A stretch of DNA of 64,000 nucleotides. It comes from Sedimentisphaerales bacterium. Lineage in GTDB: Bacteria; Planctomycetota; Phycisphaerae; Sedimentisphaerales; Anaerobacaceae. The stretch's first letter is position 1, and the number at the start of each line of letters is the position of its first letter. Location: NCBI GenBank assembly GCA_040772485.1, contig JAXGYC010000007.1, positions 320,001-384,000 of the forward strand, read 5' to 3'. Under the pieces are notes generated by a model, which had not been told where the DNA came from, did not search any database, and saw only the letters and a list, made by a program, of their open reading frames with translations. Positions 1-7,640 of this stretch are shown here, in pieces. The position numbers and the translations under genes were made by a program.

Positions 1-2
1 CC

Positions 3-302
3 CTTCGGGATGTTGTCGACGAGCTCAAGGGCAAGAATGCCGACATGGAACCGCTCCTTTCTCGCTTCAATTACATCACACTGACTAAACGCGTTCAGCC
101 AGACTTTATTGCACATATCAAACGCCTTATCAAAGGGACGGAGTACGACGCTGGTTGTCGTTCCGATGTTGCTTGGGAGAAGATGGCAAAGGAGTGCCAC
201 GGTAATCTTCGAGTAATGTGGAACAAGATTGAGGCAGGGTGGGCCGCCGGAATCGGTGACGACGCACCAGATGTCGGCGAGGGAGACTCAGAAGCCGTGT
301 AG
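3..302 (+). CDS. Partial CDS (5' end outside window): C-terminal part of an AAA+ ATPase, clamp-loader/RFC-DnaX-like clade
   Basis: Frame is open from position 3 (LRDVVDELKGKNADMEPLLSRF...). EPLLSRF resembles the SRC arginine-finger motif and CHGNLR resembles the GDxR sensor-2 motif. Walker A/B are not in the window. Confidence 0.5.
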   Translation, partial: LRDVVDELKGKNADMEPLLSRFNYITLTKRVQPDFIAHIKRLIKGTEYDAGCRSDVAWEKMAKECHGNLRVMWNKIEAGWAAGIGDDAPDVGEGDSEAV

Positions 303-635
303 CCGGTTTGTCACGTTCTCCGCACAACTCTATTTACTCTTTAGATTACAGGAAACTTTCTATGACAGTATATTGGATGTTTTTGAGCAATGTCGGGGTC
401 CGATGGTTTGCCGGCGGCCCCGCGTGACTCCATCCCTCTCGATTTCCCTGTGACACTTTCACCCGGCCACCGAAGTAGCTATTACACTACGTTCTTTGAC
501 ATATGCATAGTCGGTAGGCTTTCCGGGTGGCCCTGGAGACTATCGGCAAAGCGACTCAAAGAGCAGATAGAGTTAGGCCGAGGGTGTGGCAGCCCTCGGC
601 CAGCTATCATCCAATCTAACTCTTCTCCTTTACAT

Positions 636-679
636 GGCGCCTGGTAGTTCCTGGCTCGACCGACCAGGCGCCTATTTTT
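636..679 (+). terminator. Rho-independent terminator-like hairpin
   Basis: GGCGCCTGGT (636-645) pairs perfectly with ACCAGGCGCC (663-672), followed by TATTTTT. Confidence 0.65.
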
Positions 680-770
680 CCTCCGAAGGCCAACTATGCT
701 CTATCCGCAGAAATTTCCGCCGATCCCGGCGGCTAACATCAAGACCCATCTCAGTGAAAGCGAATGTACA

Positions 771-983
771 ATGTTCACAGGCAAGATCAAGTGGTACGAT
801 GAAACGAAGGGATACGGGTTCATCGCGTGTGACGACGGAGGTCCAGACCTATTCTTCCACAGATCTGGCGTCAACACCGACAACGGTTTTCCCATCCTCT
901 GTCAGGGCGACGCGGTGACGTTCGATGTCGGCGAGGGCCGCAAAGGCCCGCTCGCGGAGAATGTGAAGAAGATCAAGAAGTAG
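771..983 (+). CDS. Cold-shock domain protein (CspA family)
   Basis: 70 aa, MFTGKIKWYDETKGYGFI...DLFFHRSG...GRKGPLAENV, with RNP1 (KGYGFI) and RNP2 (LFFH). ATG at 771 chosen over the ORF-track start at 696. Confidence 0.95.
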   Translation: MFTGKIKWYDETKGYGFIACDDGGPDLFFHRSGVNTDNGFPILCQGDAVTFDVGEGRKGPLAENVKKIKK

Positions 984-985
984 CA

Positions 986-1012
986 CAACTAAGCCAACTA
1001 AGCCAACTAAGC
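986..1012. repeat. 9-bp tandem repeat CAACTAAGC x3
   Basis: Three exact copies directly after the csp stop codon. Confidence 0.9.
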
Positions 1013-1021
1013 CCCCAGGTG

Positions 1022-1060
1022 ACAGCCGGTGTCAAGCCAAGTTCCGCCGGCTGTTTCTAT
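1022..1060 (+). terminator. Probable terminator between convergent csp and TIGR02391-like genes
   Basis: ACAGCCGG (1022-1029) / CCGGCTGT (1047-1054) stem followed by a T-rich tail. Confidence 0.5.
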
Positions 1061-1093
1061 TCCTACACCTTGACCTGCTATCCGTTCGTGTCA

Positions 1094-1897
1094 CTAAGGA
1101 CCCTGACGGCGTTTAGTAGCTTCCTGGACTCTATACGCGAGGAGGCTCAGCAACGACATGTACTCAATTGCCCGCTGTTCCGGGCCTTCGGGAAAGGAAT
1201 GGCCACCTGGATTTCTGATGCCGAGGACAGCCCCTTCGAAAAGATGCATCATGCCCTCCTGCTCATCCTGGTCGGTAGCATCAGAGAGATCGTTGAAGGC
1301 CAGGAGTGGGGCATTTCGTGAGAATACAGTCCTGACGAGTTGTGCGCCGTCGAGATCATGACGGCCCGATCGTTCCTTAATGTAATTCACCAACGCCTTG
1401 GCAGCCGCGAAGACTGCTTCCCAATGGTATCCGTCCAGAAATAGGTCGCGGGACACATCGAGGACGCGAGGATGGAGGTTGAGTCGGTCGAAGTAGGTGG
1501 AAGGCGCTGCACCCGGACCGCCCAGGTCTTCTTTCTTCTCCTCGAGTCTCGAGACAAGCCCATTCAGAATCGCGATTACCCGCTGACGGCCGCGTTCCCT
1601 GTGTTCGAAGACTTCTTGTTTGTGCATGCTCGCGCTCACTGCCGCATCCATAACCCTGATGTATTGATGCTCCCTGAACTCCGGCGAGTTCGTGCCAAAC
1701 ACGTCGCGTATGGTCTCGCGCACGTTGCTTATGACGACTCTGTCGAAATCGGTATCCCTGAAAGAGCCCCCTGTTACCCCCGGCTGTTCGAGATCCCGGA
1801 TTCGGCGCTTGAGTTTGGTAATTGCGACGTCAATCTCATCGACAGATTTGAAGACTTGAGGTTCTACCGGCTCCGGATCAGGACGCTTCTTCGTCAT
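1094..1897 (-). CDS. TIGR02391/Ymh-family protein with C-terminal HEPN-like domain and N-terminal helical domain
   Basis: C-terminal half LHPRVLDVSRDLFLDGYHWEAVFAAAKAL...DG..L...VFS...EQEGMMHLFEGAVLGIRNPGGH matches the TIGR02391 pattern, including an Rx4H motif (RNPGGH). AAGGT precedes the ATG at 1897. Confidence 0.8.
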   Translation of the reverse strand: MTKKRPDPEPVEPQVFKSVDEIDVAITKLKRRIRDLEQPGVTGGSFRDTDFDRVVISNVRETIRDVFGTNSPEFREHQYIRVMDAAVSASMHKQEVFEHRERGRQRVIAILNGLVSRLEEKKEDLGGPGAAPSTYFDRLNLHPRVLDVSRDLFLDGYHWEAVFAAAKALVNYIKERSGRHDLDGAQLVRTVFSRNAPLLAFNDLSDATDQDEQEGMMHLFEGAVLGIRNPGGHSFPEGPEQRAIEYMSLLSLLAYRVQEATKRRQGP

Positions 1898-2009
1898 CAG
1901 CACACCTTGTCATCCCATCATAGACCGTACATTGATCCACCCGATACCCTAAGTGCCGTATGAAACACGTGCAGAACGTCATCAACCCGCACGGGCGGTT
2001 GATTACCCG

Positions 2010-2426
2010 CTAAGGCATGTGAGATCGAATAAGAGCGGCCAAGTCCTGCATCCCGTGTTCTTCGAGATATTTGATAAACACAGGCCACGGTGGTATGTTG
2101 CTTCGATACGGTTCTTCGCAAGCCCCTGTGTACATACCGCCTCCTGGACCGCGATAGAGTCCACCGCCAGGACCGACATACAACCCCCCGCCAGGACCGA
2201 CATACAAGCCCCCGCCTGGGCCAGGATATAATCCCCCTCCGGGGCCTACATACAACCCACCCCCTGGACCGACATACAGGCCGCCCCCAGGCCCTACATA
2301 CATACCGCCACCCGGCCCGACAGACGCTCCGCCACCTGGTCCTATATACCTGCCCCCGCCCGGTCCAATATATAGCCCCCCGCCCGGTCCAGTGTGCTGA
2401 TCTCGTGGCCAAGTGTTTTCAGGCAT
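2010..2426 (-). CDS. Small glycine-rich octapeptide-repeat protein (11 x GPGGG[LMRA][YS]x)
   Basis: 138-aa ORF with GGAG upstream. The repeats keep GPGGG while third codon positions vary. Unique C-terminal segment PYRSNIPPWPVFIKYLEEHG. Confidence 0.75.
   Translation of the reverse strand: MPENTWPRDQHTGPGGGLYIGPGGGRYIGPGGGASVGPGGGMYVGPGGGLYVGPGGGLYVGPGGGLYPGPGGGLYVGPGGGLYVGPGGGLYRGPGGGMYTGACEEPYRSNIPPWPVFIKYLEEHGMQDLAALIRSHMP
2127..2390 (-). repeat. 24-bp degenerate tandem repeat, 11 units, inside the GPGGG CDS
   Basis: Units such as GGACCGACATACAACCCCCCGCCA recur with a 24-nt period on the + strand, with no spacers. Confidence 0.9.
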
Positions 2427-2631
2427 TTAGTTCCGCTCCATTTGAATACGTCCAACACCAATCAGATTGCCACATAAGGGACCCCTTCCGTTTCAAGCAC
2501 CACAGAGGATACTCGCCAAACACTGCCAATCCTATGCAGGCAAGGAGCTTTGTCAAGAAGTCTCCTGCTGTTTCAAACCCGATTTCTGCTACCTACCAGT
2601 CGCAGATTTTTCACTTTGGCCAATTTTTCCC

Positions 2632-2660
2632 TTGCGCTCTCAGCTTACTTATGTTATACT
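2632..2660 (+). promoter_or_regulatory. Sigma70-type promoter
   Basis: TTGCGC - 17 bp - TATACT, with TG at the extended -10 position and AT-rich sequence upstream. Confidence 0.5.
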
Positions 2661-2806
2661 GGATTTATGGAGTCTTTAAGCTGACAAATTGTTCATCTGA
2701 CACCCGAAGCTCTTGATGTGTACGGTTCGCGTGTTATTCATCCGTCCACTATACCGGCGGGAGGCATGGAAATCAAACGCTGACAGCGCGCCCTGCGAAG
2801 CCCGGC

Positions 2807-4099
2807 TCAGAGCGCTCGGTTCAATTGCCGCTGGAGGTCCTTGAGGCGGTTCACCTCGTCAAAACCGAGACGAAAGATGGGGAAGGCGGTCTTGTTGTGC
2901 ATCAGAGGCTCATCCAGGTCCACCCACCGGCGGCAGGCCTCCCCGTCCGGCGTCCCGGGGATCGGCGAAAAATCCGCCAGCATGCCGCGGATGCCCAGGC
3001 TATGGACGAAGCGCATCGATTCCTCCAACTCCTGAAGATCGCTGTTCGGATGGCCCACGATCTGGTACGCGGTAATCGCGCTTGGATTGGCGCCGGCCGC
3101 CACCAGGTGGCGAACCGCCTGCGCCAACTCGTCGGAATGCACTTTGCCGCCGGTGCCCTGCTGCCACTGCGGCGAGTGGCTCTCAAAGCCCAGATAGAAC
3201 GTCTGGAAGCCGGCCCGGACCATCAGCCTTGCAAGGTCCGCCTGGATGAACCGCGCGTTCAATGCATTCGGGGTATGGAAATGAACGAGAATGCGCCGGC
3301 GCACCACCTCCTCCAGAAAAGGCGTCAGGATCGCACCTGCATCGAACAGCAACGCATCGTCATAGAACGCCACGTCGCGGACGCCGAGCGACACCAACAG
3401 CTCCAGTTCGGCGAGCGACCGTTCCAAAGACCGGGGCCGAAATCTCCTGTAGACCCTCGGGACCGAGCAGTACGTGCAGTGAAACGGGCATCCATCGCTG
3501 AGCTTCAGGGCGCCGACGGCCGGACGGTCGTACATCTCCCAGAGGCCCACCTGCCCCGCATCCGGCTCGGCCTCAAGAAAGCGCCACAAAGGATCGAGAT
3601 CGGTGCCCACGACACAGAGATCGGCGCCGAGGCCTTCGGCGTGGGCGGAACAGATCGTAACGTAGTTGCCACCCAGCACGATCCTGGCGCCGGGACAGGC
3701 CTGTCGGACATCCTCGGTGACCTCCCGGACGCCGGGATACCAGTAGCTCATCATCGTCTGAATCAGCACGAAGTCGAAACCGCCGCACCCCCTGAGGAAC
3801 TCCCGGAAACAGTCACGCGGCACGCCAAACCGCTGGAAGTAACGCGGGATCGCTTCGAGACAGGCGGGCTTGGCAACACGCTCCAAGCGGAACCGGCCGC
3901 GCCCCCAGCGGTCCGAATCTGACCGGCCCGTCTGCCCAAGCGAAGGATGCCGCCGGTCCAGGTAGTCGAACAGCACGAAATCGGCCTTGTCCCGCAGTTG
4001 GCCGGCTACGCAGAGCAGACCATAGGGCTTCAGCCAGAAATCGTAGGCCGCAAAGTCGTAAATGGGTGGATTGACTAAAAGAATCCGTGGACGTGCCAT
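2807..4099 (-). CDS. B12-binding domain / radical SAM protein
   Basis: N-terminal ILLVNPPIYDF...PYGLL and IVLGGNY cobalamin-binding-like region, CPFHCTYC motif, FYDDALL and LGFES. Start set at MARPRILL. Confidence 0.88.
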   Translation of the reverse strand: MARPRILLVNPPIYDFAAYDFWLKPYGLLCVAGQLRDKADFVLFDYLDRRHPSLGQTGRSDSDRWGRGRFRLERVAKPACLEAIPRYFQRFGVPRDCFREFLRGCGGFDFVLIQTMMSYWYPGVREVTEDVRQACPGARIVLGGNYVTICSAHAEGLGADLCVVGTDLDPLWRFLEAEPDAGQVGLWEMYDRPAVGALKLSDGCPFHCTYCSVPRVYRRFRPRSLERSLAELELLVSLGVRDVAFYDDALLFDAGAILTPFLEEVVRRRILVHFHTPNALNARFIQADLARLMVRAGFQTFYLGFESHSPQWQQGTGGKVHSDELAQAVRHLVAAGANPSAITAYQIVGHPNSDLQELEESMRFVHSLGIRGMLADFSPIPGTPDGEACRRWVDLDEPLMHNKTAFPIFRLGFDEVNRLKDLQRQLNRAL

Positions 4100-4398
4100 C
4101 CTGACGGCTTGCTCGAATAAACACCAGATCTTGGCGCCCTGACGTCGAATCATTCCCGGCAGCACCTGTCGATCGCTCCGACGCCTTCCTGGGGCGCCGC
4201 CTCAGGCGCCAGCATAGGCTGGGGGACGGTCGCCCGTCAAGTGTCACGGTTCTCGCGTCGCCGTGGCAAGTCGCCCATAATCGTTGACCGAGCCTCTCTT
4301 TTTTGATAAGATGGGGATAATACGAAACATCGTCCAGCAGAATTGGGGCCGATAATACAGGCAACAGTACACAACCGATTTCAGCGAGAGAAGGCACA

Positions 4399-7300
4399 AT
4401 GAGGGTGCGGCGGAGAGTATTTGCACTGAGCGTGGGCGCGGTCCTTCTCTTGACCAGCGCGGTCCGGGCCATATGTCCGCCCGGCGATCTCAGTGGAGAC
4501 TGCCGGGTCGACGCGGTGGACTTGGCGATTATGGGTGATGCGTGGCTTGCTCCGCCCGACAGCCCGGCCGACCTGGACGGGGATGACAAGGTCGATCTGC
4601 ACGATTTCGGCCTCGTCGCCACCGACTGGCGAGCCCGAGGCATTCCCTTGTTCATCAACGAATTCCTCGCCTCCAATACAAGGACCAACGAAGATCCCCA
4701 GGGTGAAAATGACGACTGGGTGGAGATCCACAATGCAGGCGACGAGCCCATCGATATCGGGGGCATGTTCCTGACTGACGATCTCTCCATACCCCGAAAG
4801 TGGGAAATCCCGACCGACCAGCCGCAACTGACCACCGTTCCAGCCAAGGGCTATCTCCTGATCTGGGCCGACGGCGATGTTGCCGATGCTGGCCTGCATG
4901 CACCGTTCGGCCTCAGTTCGGACGGAGACGAGATCGCCCTGCTCGACCGGGACGGTGAGACAGTCATCGACCATATTGCCTTCGACGCGCAGCAGGCGGA
5001 CATCTCGTTCGGCCGACTGCCCGATGGCGGCAGCGCCTGGCAGCCGTTCGCCGAGCCGACGCCCGGAGCCGAGAACAAGGCGATCTACGAGGGATTTGTC
5101 GCCAGGCCCAATATCAGCCACGAGGCAGGATTCTACGACAGCGAAATCCTGGTGACGCTGAGCACGGAGACCGAAGACGCGGCTCTCTACTACACGACCG
5201 ACGGCAGCGAGCCGTATACCCTGGGAGGCCGATTCCCCAGTGGTCGCGTGTATTCCAGCCCCCTTCGCATTGCACAGACCACCTGCCTGCGCGTCCGAGC
5301 CATCAAGTCCGGCTGGAAACCCTCGCCCGTTGCGACACGGACGTATCTGTTCTTATCCGACGTGGTCAAGCAGACAGGCAGCATCGTTCAGCTCGGCTCC
5401 GGCTGGCCCGCCACCGGCAGCGTCAGCGGGCAGTCCATCGACTATGGCATGGACCCTGAGGTCGTCAACGATCCGCGGTACGCAGACCTCATGGACGACG
5501 CCCTGCAGGCTATCCCCTCGATTTCGCTCGTGACCGATCTGGCCAACCTCTTCGACCCCGCCACCGGCATCTACGTCCACGCCAGCGGCGCGGGACGCAC
5601 GTGGGAAAGACCCGTCTCGGTCGAGCTGCTGAATCCGGATGGAACGCAAGGCTTTCAGATCGACGCGGGCCTCCGCATTCGAGGCGGCTTCAGCCGCAGC
5701 GGCAGCAACCCCAAGCACGCGTTTCGACTCTTGTTCCGGCCGGAGTACGGTGGGGCGCTGGAGTATCCGCTTTTCGGCGACGAAGGAACCGACCGGTTCG
5801 AAAACGTGGACCTGCGAACCAGCCAGAACTACTCCTGGAGCTTCCAGGGAGACAGCCAGAACACCATGGTCCGCGAGGTCTTCTCCCGCGACCTCCAGGG
5901 TCAGATGGGACACGCTTACACCCGAAGCCGTTACTATCACCTCTACATCAACGGACAGTACTGGGGACTCTACCAGACCCAGGAGCGATCCGAAGCATCG
6001 TACGCCGAATCGTATTTCGGCGGCGATAAGGACGACTACGACGTGGTGAAGGCCGACACCAGCATCGGCCGGGCCATGATGGCCACGGACGGCGACATGG
6101 AGGCCTATCGGCGTCTGTACGACGCGGCGACAGCGGGTTTCAGCGACCATGCGCGGTACTGCCGCGCTCAGGGGCTCAACCCTGATGGAACCCCAAACCC
6201 GGACTACGAACGTTTGCTCGACGCAGACAATCTGATCGACTTCATGATCATTGATTACTACACAGGCGACCGGGACGGCCCGGGTTCGCGGTTCGGCAAT
6301 ATCCCGAACAACACCTATGCCATCTTCCACCGGGCCCGTCCGGACGGATGGAAGTGGTTCCAGCACGACAGCGAGCACACGCTGGGCGTCAGCAGCAGCG
6401 AGACCAACATGGTCACGCCGTTCACGATGGCCGGGGCCCAGTGGCGATACTTCAACCCGCAGTGGCTGCACGAACAGCTCGCCTCATCCAATGCCAACTA
6501 TCGAATGCGATTCGCCGACCATGTTTATCGCCACTTCTTCAATGGCGGCCTGTTGACGCCGGAGGCGTCGAGCACGCGAATTCTACGCCGCGCCGAGCAG
6601 ATCGAAATGGCGATCATCGCCGAGTCGGCGCGATGGGGTGATGCCAAACGGTCCCGCCCCTTCACGAAACAGGACTGGCAAAACGAGGTCAATCGAATCG
6701 TGAACAACTATCTGCCGGGTCGCACGCAGGTCGTCCTCAACCAGTTCAAGTCTGTTGGATGGTATCCGAATGTCGATCCGCCCACGTTCAGTCAGCACGG
6801 CGGGTATGTCGCCGGCGGATTCGAACTTCGAATGTCCGGACCGGGCGCCACCTTCTACTACACGCTGGACGGCTCCGACCCGCGTCTCATAACGGCCGGC
6901 GGCGCAAGTGCTGTCTCGCCCAGCGCGCGGCAATACACAGGTCATGTCGCACTGATGGAGAGCACCCAGATCAAGGTCCGCACACTCAGCGGCAATCAAT
7001 GGAGCGCCCTGAACGAAGCGGTCTTTGCCGTGGGCCCGGTGGCCGAGAGCCTGCGGATCAGCGAGATCATGTATCACCCGGCCGAGACGGGCCTTCCCGA
7101 CGACCCCAACACCGAGTATATTGAACTGACCAACATCGGTGCCGAGAGCATCAACCTCAGGTTGGCCAAGTTCACCAACGGCGTCGACTTCACGTTCCCC
7201 AGCGTCGAACTGACGCCGGGCGAATATGTCGTCGTGGTCAAAGACGTAGCGGCCTTCGAGGGCAAGTACGGGCGGGGTCTGCCCGTGGTGGGATCGTACA

Positions 7301-7623
7301 GCGGCAGCCTCGACAACGCAGGCGAACGGGTAGAACTCCAGGACGCCGCCGGACAGGTCATTTGCAGCTTCCGGTATCGAGACGGCTGGTATGAGAGCAC
7401 CGACGGCGCGGGCTTCTCGCTAACCGTCAGGAACCCTGTCACAGCCGAGCCGAACAACCTCGGCGACAAAGAACTCTGGCGGCCGAGCAATGGCCTGGGC
7501 GGCTCGCCGGGCTACAGCGACACCGACATGGCAACCATCTCGTACGAAGCAGAACGAGCACACGGCCCATGTCATCTTGGCGGGTGCGGCACCCCCGCCG
7601 ACAAGACGCAGACAGAGGGATAG
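4399..7623 (+). CDS. Secreted CotH-kinase-family protein with dockerin-like N-terminus, lamin-tail domains and Fn3-associated/CHB_HEX_C-like domains
   Basis: Signal peptide; GDLSGDCRVDAVDL / ADLDGDDKVDLHDF Ca-binding pair; INEFLASN...DWVEIHN (LTD); YYTTDGSEP; CotH-like LRIRGGFSR and YHLYINGQYWGLYQTQER; second LTD ISEIMYHP. Confidence 0.8.
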   Translation: MRVRRRVFALSVGAVLLLTSAVRAICPPGDLSGDCRVDAVDLAIMGDAWLAPPDSPADLDGDDKVDLHDFGLVATDWRARGIPLFINEFLASNTRTNEDPQGENDDWVEIHNAGDEPIDIGGMFLTDDLSIPRKWEIPTDQPQLTTVPAKGYLLIWADGDVADAGLHAPFGLSSDGDEIALLDRDGETVIDHIAFDAQQADISFGRLPDGGSAWQPFAEPTPGAENKAIYEGFVARPNISHEAGFYDSEILVTLSTETEDAALYYTTDGSEPYTLGGRFPSGRVYSSPLRIAQTTCLRVRAIKSGWKPSPVATRTYLFLSDVVKQTGSIVQLGSGWPATGSVSGQSIDYGMDPEVVNDPRYADLMDDALQAIPSISLVTDLANLFDPATGIYVHASGAGRTWERPVSVELLNPDGTQGFQIDAGLRIRGGFSRSGSNPKHAFRLLFRPEYGGALEYPLFGDEGTDRFENVDLRTSQNYSWSFQGDSQNTMVREVFSRDLQGQMGHAYTRSRYYHLYINGQYWGLYQTQERSEASYAESYFGGDKDDYDVVKADTSIGRAMMATDGDMEAYRRLYDAATAGFSDHARYCRAQGLNPDGTPNPDYERLLDADNLIDFMIIDYYTGDRDGPGSRFGNIPNNTYAIFHRARPDGWKWFQHDSEHTLGVSSSETNMVTPFTMAGAQWRYFNPQWLHEQLASSNANYRMRFADHVYRHFFNGGLLTPEASSTRILRRAEQIEMAIIAESARWGDAKRSRPFTKQDWQNEVNRIVNNYLPGRTQVVLNQFKSVGWYPNVDPPTFSQHGGYVAGGFELRMSGPGATFYYTLDGSDPRLITAGGASAVSPSARQYTGHVALMESTQIKVRTLSGNQWSALNEAVFAVGPVAESLRISEIMYHPAETGLPDDPNTEYIELTNIGAESINLRLAKFTNGVDFTFPSVELTPGEYVVVVKDVAAFEGKYGRGLPVVGSYSGSLDNAGERVELQDAAGQVICSFRYRDGWYESTDGAGFSLTVRNPVTAEPNNLGDKELWRPSNGLGGSPGYSDTDMATISYEAERAHGPCHLGGCGTPADKTQTEG

Positions 7624-7640
7624 GCAAGGTCAAGGGAATA

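Noticed and set aside
2127..2390. 24-bp repeats as a CRISPR array
   Set aside because: Units are head-to-tail with no unique spacers, vary at codon third positions, and no cas genes are present; this is a coding repeat.
2632..2660. dif/Xer site (TTATGTTATAC resembles the XerD arm)
   Set aside because: The XerC arm does not match at the required spacing; a sigma70 promoter explains the sequence better.
1918..2716. Alternative-frame ORFs over the repeat (1918-2412 -, 2090-2716 +)
   Set aside because: Only the GPGGG frame keeps invariant residues and has an RBS; the others are by-products of the repeat.
7500..7640. Frameshift joining the two lamin-tail genes into one pseudogene
   Set aside because: The second gene has its own RBS-like sequence, signal peptide and dockerin-like start, so two genes is the simpler reading.
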